Assembly: GCF_006345805.1 (NCBI RefSeq)
Contig: NC_043001.1
Coordinates: 2,914,001-2,978,000 of the forward strand
DNA length: 64,000 nt
Origin: Octopus sinensis
Taxonomy: Eukaryota
Direction: 5' to 3'
Part shown: positions 53,600 to 64,000 of the stretch, in pieces
Layout of the letters: every line of letters starts with the position of its first letter
Position numbering within the stretch: position 1 is the stretch's first letter
Position numbers and translations under genes: made by a program
Notes under the pieces: model-generated
What the model was told of the DNA's origin: nothing
Databases searched by the model: none
Seen by the model: the letters and a program-made list of their open reading frames with translations, nothing else

Positions 53600-54229
53600 C
53601 ATCATTTAATATCTGCTTTGCCTGCTGGCATGGGTTGGACAGTTTGACTGAAAACTGGTAAGCTGTGGATCTGCACCAGGCTCCAGTCTGACACGGCAAA
53701 GCTTCTTCAGCTGGATGCCAATTTCTAATGCCAACGTTAGGAATGTAGTGGGTGCTTTTTACATGCTACTGGCACAGGGTCCAGTCAGGTGGCACTGGCA
53801 TCAGCCACAACTACAATTTCACTTGACTCAACAGGTCTTCTTAAGCACAGCATGTTGCCTGTTGGTTTAAGGGTATTTTTAAACGGGCCAGTTACGCAAC
53901 ACTGGCATCGACCACAGCCACAATCTCACTTGGATTGCCAGGTCTTCTCAAACATGGAATATCTCCAAAGGTCTTTGTTGCTTGTCAATAATAATAATAA
54001 TAGCAGCAATTCTTTCTATTATAGGCACAAGGCCTGAAATTTGTAGGGATGGGACTTGTTGATTACATTAGCTCCAGTACATATTTAGTACTTATTTCAT
54101 CGACCCCAAAAGGATGAAATTCGACTTTGGTGAAAGTTGAACTCAGAACATAAAGACAGGGGAAATACCACTAAGCATCTTGCTCAGCATACTAACAATA
54201 CTACCAGCTTGCCACCTAATAATAATAAC

Positions 54230-54282
<53 letters not shown>

Positions 54283-54440
54283 TAATAATAAATTGTGTTA
54301 ACTGGTATCTGGTCACATGTATTGAGAACATTGTCCTGGATTGGAGCCTGGTGCAACCTTCTGGCTAACCAACACTCAGTAAAAACCGTCCAACCCATGC
54401 CAGCATGGAAAGCGGATGTTAAATGATGATGATGATGATG
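53600..54440. mobile_element. Cluster of SINE A (-), SINE B (-) and SINE A 3' fragment (+)
   Basis: Family motifs as above, separated by AAT tracts. Confidence 0.65.
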
Positions 54441-54589
54441 ATTGTCGGAGTCTAAGAAAATCTCTGCAGCAAGTATGTTGTGAGATAGGCAAATCGAAAT
54501 CAATCCCCTCTTGCCTTCTGAAACACTCATTAAAAATGTTACGTTGCCAGGAAGATCTCTGCTTTCAATAAAGGAGGCTCAGACCACAA

Positions 54590-55330
54590 GATGGAGGTTT
54601 GTAAATGGGATTTGGCAAGACATGTAGACGATATACACTTTCCAACAAATATTGCTTGGAATATTAAGACTGCATTTAAATTAAACGGTCCAATCAACTG
54701 CCACAAATGTACCTACCTGAGTAACCATTTATTATTGAGGAATATCATGTCAATCTCTTGGAGTAACCTTATGGTGCAAGATACCATCAAACGGATTCAA
54801 TTGAACCATTTTCATTTGATGTAACTATGACTGATCCCATTTATTTGAACTTGATGGGATAATCTGTCATGCCAAGTGCTCAAGAAGACTTTGGAGATAT
54901 GGGGATTTCTTTTCAGCCAGATGGATTACCTTCACTCTTCCATAGTAATATAAGGGCCCACCAAGAGTGGGACAGAAACGTTAGGACGCCGGGCGAAATG
55001 CTTAGCAGCATTTCGTCTGCCGTTATGTTCTGAGTTCAAATTCCACCGAGGTTGACTTTGCCTTTCATCCTTTCAGTGTCAATAAATTAAGTACCAGTTG
55101 AGCACTGGGGTCGATGTAATCGACTTAATCCCTTCGTCTGTCCTTGTGTGTCCCCTCTATGTTTAGCCCTTATGGGCAATAAAGAAATAAGAGTGGGGTT
55201 TTAGAAAACTGATAGGACAAAGAGGTTTGGTAGAATAAACTTCACATAGACCAGATCTCAAAACACTGACCGTTTGTATAGGGCAACAGTTGGCAAACTG
55301 TGCACAGTCAAGGAACTTGAGTGTGTCCAG
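54590..55330 (+). pseudogene. Tc1/mariner-superfamily transposase remnant interrupted by a SINE
   Basis: TAFKLNGPINCHKC...IEPFSF...FQPDGLP..FHSNIRAH [SINE] LIGQRGLVE*TSHRPDL, matching F.LNG.VN.HNC...IGPFFF...FQQDGAP.H...WIGR.G...WPPRSPDL. Confidence 0.75.
54972..55188 (+). mobile_element. SINE family B (5'-truncated) with 9-bp target-site duplication
   Basis: AAGAGTGGG at 54963-54971 and 55189-55197. Confidence 0.85.
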
Positions 55331-55550
55331 ATGTTGACCAAAACATTTTTTGATGTTCACAATTCCATTGCTTTGTAGGGCCAGAATGGTTATTAGTTTG
55401 AAACCTGACGTTCATAAAAATAAGAATTCTTCCCTCTGTAGATTTTACTTAACACTGAAAATGAAAAGTATTTAAAAACAAAACACTGGCTTCATAACCA
55501 TTCCAAGTGTGTATACATTATTTTGGGACACACTGTGTGTGTGTGTTTAT

Positions 55551-55591
<41 letters not shown>

Positions 55592-55731
55592 CATACAGAC
55601 ACACACACAAATATGCATGCATGTATCTACATATGTACAAAAATATATATGCCTATGCATACAAACATATATATATATATTTATACAAATGATTATATGC
55701 ACACACATACAATATATACATCATCATCGCT

Positions 55732-55766
<35 letters not shown>

Positions 55767-55834
55767 TATATATATATAAGTATATATATTTATATGTGTG
55801 TATAGGATTGTTTACATATGCATATGCATATAAA

Positions 55835-55881
<47 letters not shown>

Positions 55882-56371
55882 TATATGCTTATATATATAT
55901 GCTTATATATATATGTGTGTGTATGTATGTATGTATGTGTGTATGTATATGTGCACACAGATTTTAAAAACCTCTGGAGTAATAGAGAACACAATCAGTA
56001 GGCTATCTCTTGATGCAGCGCCAATTTGGTGAATGATGAGCCAAGTAAAATGGTTGCAGAAATTATGGAATAACCAACTAACAGTTGATTAATGATATGA
56101 TCAGCTAAATGAGTCTTATGATGTGAAAAATATTATGTTTCTAATTAGAGGGGCCTTGACTTTATAATTTCTAATTAGGTATTTTGTAGCAAATGCAGGC
56201 TTTCCCCACCAATTATCATTGAAATCAAAAGATAATTTTGTTTGTTAGATTACGTTCACTTCGTAATTTATTACAATCATTGTTGTTGATGTTGCTGTCA
56301 CTATTGTTGTTGTTATTATTGTTATTGTTATTGGTGTTGTTGTTGCACTGCTGCTACTACTATTGTTGTTG

Positions 56372-56408
<37 letters not shown>

Positions 56409-56439
56409 CCACATTTGTAGTAGTATTGTTGGTAGTCTC

Positions 56440-56472
56440 ATGCCGCTACTGCTGCTGCTGCTGCTGCTGCTG

Positions 56473-56566
<94 letters not shown>

Positions 56567-56680
56567 CACTGCTGCTGCTGCTGCTGCTGCTACTACTACT
56601 ATTACTACTACTACTACTACTACTGTTACTGCTGCTGCTGCTATTATTACTACTACTACTACTACTGTTACTGCTATTAA
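56440..56680. repeat. Alternating (TGC)n/(TAC)n trinucleotide array
   Basis: Direct reading. Confidence 0.95.
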
Positions 56681-57079
56681 ATTGTGTTTTATATTTTTTG
56701 TGCGATTCTCTGAGCATGTGTGTGCATATGTGAGTGTATCTGGTGCCCATGCATGCATGTCATTCTGTGAGTATGAGTAATTATGTGTATATGCGTATGA
56801 CGCTCAGTGTGTGTGTGTGTGTGTGAGTGAGTGCCTGTTACCGTTTTGCTAGAGTCAGCCATGAGTGATCAATGATGCTCATACAACATACGACCATGGA
56901 ACTCCAGCTTGATAATTCCTGTTGCTTGACCTGCTGGAAATAACAGCAAAATCTTTCTTAAATAACAACAGCAGCAACAACAATCAAAAGAGATTGGAAC
57001 TGAAACTTGCATTTTTTTTTAAATATCTAGTTTCAGCTCAGCCACTGTGGCCATGCTGGAGCACCACCATTGTTGATTC

Positions 57080-57525
57080 TTTTATTCTTTTACTTGTTTT
57101 AGTCATTTGACTGCGGCCATGCTGGAGCACTGCCTTAAGTCGAGCAAATCGATCCCAGAGCTTATCCTTTGTAAACCTAATACTTATTCTATCATTCCCT
57201 TTTGCCGAACCGCTAAGTTATGGGGACGTAAACACACCAGCATCAGTTGTCAAGTGATGTTGGGGGATCAAACACAGATGCACAAACATATACACACACA
57301 TACATATTTACATACATACATACACACATATATATATATATATATATGATGATGATGATGATGACTGGCTTCTTTCAGTTTCTGTCTAACAAATCCACTC
57401 ACAAGGCTTTGTTTTGACCAAGGCTATAGTAGAAGACACTTGCCCAAGGTGCCACACTGTGGGACTGAACCTGGAATGACGTGGTTTGTAAGCAAGCTAC
57501 TTACCACACAGCCACTTCTATGCCC
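57080..57525 (-). mobile_element. SINE family C, near full length
   Basis: tcatttgactgcggccatgctggagcac...aaatccactcacaaggcttt...cttaccacacagccac. Confidence 0.8.
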
Positions 57526-57679
57526 GAAAAGTACCATTATGTATTCTGCAAGAATCCTAAGAAAAGATTTTTGAGATTTGAGGAGACTCGATGTCTCCAT
57601 GCATCAAGATAAAACACCTGCTAACTAAATTAGCATGCACCAACATCATAACAACAACAACAACAACAATAATAAATGC

Positions 57680-58225
57680 CCTGATGCAGTACCAGGCAGT
57701 GGTTCTCATGGCTTCTGATCTTAATAGACTGGAAGTGTTATCATGTACATTGTTTTGTTTTGATATAAAAGATGGGCTACAGCAAATATTCTGCTCAATA
57801 CCACATTTATGCTTGTCAGTTGTTTGACCTTAACTGGTTGACCATGTCCTTTAGTGGCTGACAATATGTGCATTTCTGATCACGAGTAGAAATAGTGGGG
57901 GAGCATCATAGCCATGTGTTGAGAGGGATTCTTTGGGGTTTGAATAATTCTCCTTTGGAAACATGGGTGTTTCGTTCAACATCCTTAAACAACCCTTATT
58001 CAGGGACCTTTTGAGCGACATGAATTATTCGACCTGATGAAAATTCTAACTGGGCTCCACCTGCAAGGTCATGTGCTGTTTACTTTAATATGAGATCACT
58101 ATGTCGTTCACATAAGGTTGTGATGCATGTGCCTGGTGTACCCTTATCAGATGGGTAGTCATGATGTTTATATTTCATCCTAGTGTCACTTTGATGGCAT
58201 AACTACTTTCTCACTCAATAATAAT
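57680..58225 (+). mobile_element. Interspersed repeat family D (about 550 bp, AAT/AAC tracts at both ends)
   Basis: Matches the reverse-complement copy at 63490-63945. Confidence 0.75.
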
Positions 58226-58229
58226 AATC

Positions 58230-58440
58230 TTTTCTACTTTAGGCACAAGGCGCAAAATTTTTGGAGAGGGAGCCAGTCGATTAGATCGACCCCAGTATGA
58301 AATGGGTACTTAATTTATCGATCCCAAAATGATGAAAGGCAAAGTCGACCTGAGTGGAATTTGAACTCAGAACATAAAGACAGATGAAATACCGTTAATC
58401 ATTTCACCCGGCATGCTAACATTTCTGCCAGCTCACTGCA
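58230..58440 (-). mobile_element. SINE family B
   Basis: gaaaggcaaagtcgacctgag...tttgaactcagaac...ttctgccagctcac. Confidence 0.75.
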
Positions 58441-58479
58441 TTATAATGATAATGATGATGACAAGACTAACAACAAAAA

Positions 58480-58960
58480 TAAAATAATGAAGAAATGAAG
58501 AGATGCTCCACTGGGAAATGTTTAAGAAGTTCAGACTTCCACCAGGAGACAAGTGATATGAAGCTACACCTGGAAAAGGGAGGGAGAGCGAAGAGGTTAA
58601 ACATCTTTGGGACTCTCCAAATGGATCATGTTGCAGAGCATAACAGACCAGATGTTTTGGCGCTTGAGTAGAGAAAATGGACTTGCTACATAATTGATGT
58701 GGTCTGTCCATTTCATGCAATAATAAAAGAAGGAAAACATATGGAAACATTAGAATTGTGTTGGAGCCTGGAGAGCGAAGTCAGCAGATTGTGGGGTTGC
58801 AGAAAAAATGAGGTTGTACCAATTGTCAGAGAAACCTTTTGAAAGATGGGGAAGAGGCTCAAGGAGTGGGCAGAAAAAATGGCTCACAAAGGCACATAGA
58901 ATACATACAACTGGCCAGATTGTTAAAAATAGCAAAGGTATTTCTTGAATGACTGAGGTC
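58480..58960 (+). mobile_element. RLE-type LINE remnant
   Basis: LHWEMFKKF...KHLWDS...DHVAEHNRPDVLALE...CYIIDVVCPF. Confidence 0.7.
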
Positions 58961-59051
58961 ACAGATCGTGACTTGATATCCTAGGGTTGACCCACCTAAA
59001 TTCCTTCATAGAGGTGAGGTACAAAACAAAATTAAATAATAATGATAAATA

Positions 59052-59276
59052 CAGTAAACCCTTGACTATTATAGGTGTTATGTTCCAAACCCCCCTCCCA
59101 CGATAGGTGAAAATCCACACAATAAAAACAGTACGGTACTATATATATTTTTAATTATTTTCTTAATTTGAATATATTTATTTTATTATAATTGCAAAAC
59201 AACATCATGGATGAATCAACATAAGCTTAAGTAATAAACCAGGAAAGGTGAACCGCAAAATGGCGAGGGATTACTG
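59052..59276. mobile_element. Tigger/pogo-like MITE
   Basis: TA|CAGTAAACCCTTG...CGAGGGATTACTG. Confidence 0.7.
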
Positions 59277-61018
59277 TGTATAGTTTTGGTAAGGAAATTG
59301 CAGTTGCATTGTGTATGGAAAGACAAAAATGGTGGTTTCTGTTGCTACGATTTCTTCCTTTCATCACTTTGATTTGTTTCTTTTTCTTAAATCTAAGCTG
59401 ACCTTGGGTTAAATAACAACAGCAACCACCATGTAATTAAATGTTTGTCTTATTATGTTAATTATTAAGAGATGTCAGTTTATTTGTTTCCTCTCTTCAT
59501 TAATTAAATTTTTGTTTGCTAATTGTTCTTCAATGGATATAATTTTCCTGAGGTGAACTGTTTCATGCGATTCTTAAACTGAATGTTTCACAAGAAAAGT
59601 GCTTCTTTTGAAGCTCATCAAATGTTTTCTCCAAAGCAGCATCCATGTTATATCCAGTCACTTCATCAGAACAGAATCCATTGAACTACATATTTTGAAA
59701 TTCACTCCCAGCCATTCCATTTTAGGAAGAGTAGGCACAAGTAAGTCCATGTGATTAACAAGTATACTCATCAATTACATGATGGATTATTCCCCCACTG
59801 CCTGTTGACTCGTCTAAGTGTCTGCTACAGACTTGAAACGACCAAAGCCATGCACATAGTTTTGATAGAGAAAAGCTGGAGAACCTTGTTGTTTAACTAA
59901 AAGTATATATGTGTGTTTCTGTGTGTATGAGAGTTTGTTTTTCTCTATCTAAACATGATTTTACCTCACTGATTATAAACAATAGCTTTGCTATTGGTGT
60001 TATTTGCATGCAATCTACAGCAAAAACATGTCTGGACAACTTGATATGTTGTGTAAAATTGTAACCAAAATCTTATCTATAAGGCGTCATTAGTTTCCAG
60101 GTCTTCAAATGTCCTGGATGCTTGTTGTTTGATAGATGAGAAGTTAATTACCTGACTTAGAAACAAGTGCTCGTTAGCAATATGAAGAGCATTTGGCCAT
60201 AGAAATGTCTTCCCTGACATACTTTCCTTTAACTAATATAAACTTGGAAAAGCAGATGTTAAAACAACGATGATGATGGTGGTAAAATATATTGGTTTTG
60301 TTTGTATGTGGTATCTTGAAAAGAGCTGTTAGGGAATTGTCGAAGAACAGTGTGGTTCCGTTCTGGATGCAGCACAACCAGATGAAGAATTAATAACAAA
60401 GATAAAAATATAATTTTTGCTACTATTGTAATATTTTGTCAAAAAATGAGACCTTTGCTAGAAATAGCAGTTAATAAAATTACGAACTTTATTGCAATAT
60501 CAAGGACAAAACTAGACAATTATCCTGCAAATGTATATTGTGTGAAAAGAGGAGAAATTACAGTTGAAAGATTCTACGAAAATACTCAAAAAAGAAAAAA
60601 AAAAGAAATCGGACTCACACAGAAGTGTTTGGTTTCTCATTGTTAGAATGGATACTTAACCATATAATCTACAAGAAGCAATTCCTTGCTAAAAATCGAG
60701 TGACACAAAATGCTTGAGAATTTACCAGCAAAGAAGATTCTCCAGAGATTTCTGATATATGAAGCAATTTTATTTGGTTAAAAAAAACCAGCTCAGTATT
60801 TGTCGTTTCATTTCTAAAGTTGTTTCACTGTAAGTTTAACTTACTCTGTCATATTGTGAATTCATTGTGTTCCCTTTTATCAGTCCCTGGTCTCTGAATT
60901 CACTTCACAGTGATTTCTAAGACTGCATTCAACATGTGTTCCTGTTTGTCAGCTTCTTGTGGGCAACGGCCAGTTCCATGTCCACAATCACTCATTAAGG
61001 AGGAAGATTTTTTTATAC

Positions 61019-61121
61019 CTAATGGTAGATCCAAATGCCTGATAAACGTTTTCAGCAGCATAGAATGTAATTTTTCCTGACTACTTTTAGCTAACGCCAT
61101 GTCAAAACACTGTGATCTTTG
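61019..61121 (-). CDS. Candidate internal exon of an unidentified host gene
   Basis: cccttcatacggaccgtag| QRSQCFDMALAKSSQEKLHSMLLKTFIRHLDLPL G|gtataa; open frame with canonical splice sites only. Confidence 0.35.
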
Positions 61122-61632
61122 CTACGGTCCGTATGAAGGGACAAGTATAAAATACAGTCAAAATTTTGGAATTTAAGGTGAATGAACATCTTTTAACATT
61201 AAGACAGCAATTGTAACAAAGTTCTTTGTTTAGCACCAACAAAATAAACGAAAATTTTTATCCAATTTGAGTTCCCCCAAAAAATGTTGGGAGAATTTTG
61301 CCGCAGGAGATAGAGATAGATAGATAGATAGATACAGAGATAGAGAGAGAGATTATATCTCTGTTTACAAAATGATGGAAATTGATTAAACCTGCCCCCT
61401 GCTGCACTTTTGAAACTGAAGACTCAATTAAACATTATCTGAAATTATCAGACATGTCTCTGATTTCATGTCTGTAGCTCTTACAGGTGTCAAAGAAACG
61501 CTTGAGTGACGATAAAAAACATCGAAATGACATAGAACCATGACTAATCGTCACTTCGTTTTACAGTGGGGTGGGGGTGAGTACTTCTCCAGCGCTTGAA
61601 GCTGTGCAAAGGCAATAAATAATGATAATAAT

Positions 61633-61772
61633 AACATCGAAAAATACCTTAAGAATGAGAACCCAGGTTCGAAATTTCCCCAAGATACCTAATGAAGGTA
61701 TATCAGCCGAAACGTTATGTTAATAACAAAGAAAATGAGGACAAATATCCGTCAAATGTAAATAATGTAAAT
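61633..61772 (+). mobile_element. Solo headless, degenerate copy of the hammerhead SINE
   Basis: aaaaataccttaagaatgagaacccagg...gatacCTAATGAaggtatatcagccGAAACGTTatgtt...gtaaataatgtaaataa; core mutated and stem II deleted. Confidence 0.75.
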
Positions 61773-62659
61773 AAAAACAATGAAGATCAGCTGAAACACC
61801 TTCGCCAGTTTTGCCCATGAGGCAGAACTGAGGACGTAGACATTATGTCAAGTATTAGAGATAAATGAAGAAATGCTTCGCTGCCTAAAAGTATTAACAA
61901 GAAGGAAAATATCATCAACAGGTAATGATGAAGAAATGATTGCCACGGAAGAAAGACAACTGTCTGATGGAATTTGGGTAAAACCCGAAAGGAAAGAAAA
62001 AACATTAACTCAGAAAAGAAGACTTAACATATAATAACAGAAACGGGTGAGGAGGAGAGAATTACTTCGAAACAACAACGATACTCCACAACCAAATAAG
62101 GAAAGAAAATAATAAAGAGTACCAAGATGAACTCAGATAAGAAGAATCGAAATTTGAAAATCAAACACAGTCAACAGACTAAATTAAGCGTCAGTGGTGC
62201 CATGAATTTCCAAAGTAATAATAGTGATGAAACAGCAGTTAGGTTTCGAATTTAAACAATATGCAACAGAAAGATTATTTGTCAAAATTAAACTGCCTCT
62301 TTTTACTCTTTTCTCGTTTTTCTTTTTAATTTTTTTCAATTGTGTTCTGTTTTGTACAGTTTTCTAGTTTGATTTTTTTGGTGAATATATTTTAATTTTG
62401 CTTTGCTTCTGTTAATTATAACTAAAATGTTTTTAATCAGTAGTTGTAATTTCATTCATAATGACACTCTTACTTAAACACGACTGTAGAATACAATTGC
62501 GTTTATTAAAACAACGAACGTGAAAGATCTTACTCTGAAAACGTTAAAGTTTTTTCAACAACAAATGCCTCAAAAAGGATTTAATGATGCAATTATAATC
62601 AATTCAATAATTAGTTAATCAACAGGGTTGTGGAGTGCCCACACCCAACCCATCCAGTA

Positions 62660-62895
62660 ACTTATTTCTTTACTACCCATAGGGGACTAATCACAGAATG
62701 GACAAACAAGGACAGACAGACGGATTAAGTCGATTACATCGACCCCAGTGCTTAACTGGTACTTAATTTATCGACCCCGAAAAGATGAAAGGCAAAGTCG
62801 ACCTCAGCGGAATTTGAACTCAGAACGTAACGGCAGACGAAATACCTCTAAGCATTTCACCCGGCGTGCTAACGTTTCTGCCAGCTCGCCGCCCA
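62660..62895 (-). mobile_element. SINE family B, well preserved
   Basis: gacggattaagtcgattacatcgaccccagtg...aaggcaaagtcgacctcagcgg...gtttctgccagctcgcc. Confidence 0.85.
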
Positions 62896-63189
62896 TCTAG
62901 TAACCTTTGTATTTAACTTCCTTTTGATAATATATTTTGTATTAATTATTATGTTTAAGCAATTCTTATTTATTTCCATGCAGATATATGAACTTTTAAA
63001 TATTAATGCTTCTTCACCCTTTCGTCTTTATCTTCCACACGCCATGTTTGCCATCTTTGTAACTCTGCAGTGAATGATTAATGTTTTATAAACATCTTCG
63101 AGGCATATTTTTCATCGTAGTAATAACGAAAAGTTTATTATTATTGTTGTTGTTGTTGTTCTGAAAGACTCTCAGATAGTTCTTAATTA

Positions 63190-63440
63190 CTGGTTATTCT
63201 TTACTTGAAAGCAGACAATAACAAATCACCAAAGGTTTCAAGTAGTGCCTTCTCCTGTGACTCAAAGAGACAATACTCTCCTTAGAATGCAACCTGTACC
63301 CAACAATGCTGTCTTCTGGATCACCTCGAGCCTGAATATGTTTTTCAAAGCCCTTGGAAACTGCTCCTAATGCACCAATTACTCCCGGTGTCATCATTGC
63401 TTTCCTCATGCCCCATGACTTTCCTATCTCGTCCTGCAGT
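63190..63440 (-). mobile_element. RLE-type LINE C-terminal remnant
   Basis: TPGVIGALGAVSKGFEKH motif. Confidence 0.6.
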
Positions 63441-63458
63441 GGCTGCTATTTCTTAATC

Positions 63459-63489
<31 letters not shown>

Positions 63490-63501
<12 letters not shown>

Positions 63502-63945
63502 GAGTGAGAGAGTAGTGCATGCCATCAAAGCGACACTGGGATAAAATATACGAAGCCCAGTATATCCATCATGACTACCCGTTTGATAAAGGTGCACCAG
63601 GCACATGCATCACAACCATATGTGCGCGACATGGTGATCTCATATCAAGATAAACAGTGCATGACCTTGCAGGTAGGGCCCAGTTAGAATTTTCTTCAGT
63701 CAATTAGCCCAACCTGCTCAAGCTGTTGTTTCGGAATGTTGAACAAAACACCAATGTCTCCAGAGGTGAATTATTCAAACTCCAAAGAATTTCTCTCAAC
63801 ACATGGCTATGATGCTCTCCCACTACTTCTGCTCGTGATCAGAGATGCACATATCGTCAGCCACTAAGGGACATGCTCAACTAGTAAAGGTCAAACAACT
63901 GACAAGCAAATTTGTGGCATTGAGCAGAATATTTGCCGTGGCCCA
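63490..63945 (-). mobile_element. Interspersed repeat family D
   Basis: Reverse complement of 57680-58225. Confidence 0.75.
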
Positions 63946-63969
63946 TTATTATTATTGCTGTTGCTGTTG

Positions 63970-64000
<31 letters not shown>

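Noticed and set aside
56328-56750. Poly-Ser/Leu/Cys-Tyr ORFs
   Set aside because: Reading frames of the TGC/TAC trinucleotide array
60150-60232. Apparent minus-strand exon LKESMSGKTFLWPNALHIANEHLFLSQ|gtaatt
   Set aside because: The sequence is a degenerate family A SINE (catcatcgttgttttaacatc...tttctatggccaaatgctcttc)

Overview
AT-rich, microsatellite-saturated animal genomic DNA, almost entirely non-coding. The repeat families and microsatellite load look like a coleoid cephalopod, probably Octopus (inference, no database check). Most ORFs in the track are translated microsatellites. The window holds many tRNA-derived SINEs of several families, LINE remnants (RLE-type, RTE, CR1), Tc1/mariner remnants, MITEs and a non-autonomous Helitron-like element. 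A few candidate spliced exons could not be assigned to a gene. The main signal is a set of Penelope-like (PLE) parts carrying hammerhead ribozymes (HHR). (1) Two unrelated minus-strand elements encode only the post-RT linker plus a GIY-YIG endonuclease, and each has a type I hammerhead fold near its 3' end (7198-7240 canonical; 14779-14860 with a G12A change). (2) A tRNA-headed SINE-like element carrying a minimal, loop-less-stem-III hammerhead occurs as a head-to-head inverted dimer at two separate loci (about 19.9-20.5 kb and 50.8-51.3 kb). (3) A decayed RT+GIY-YIG PLE lies at about 42.6-43.7 kb. Other structural oddities are a circularly permuted, inverted 222-bp duplication suggesting a circular intermediate, nested foldbacks abutting a PLE end, a microhomology-bounded tandem duplication, and a 36-bp hairpin minisatellite. 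Repeat boundaries were read by eye and are approximate unless a junction is quoted.
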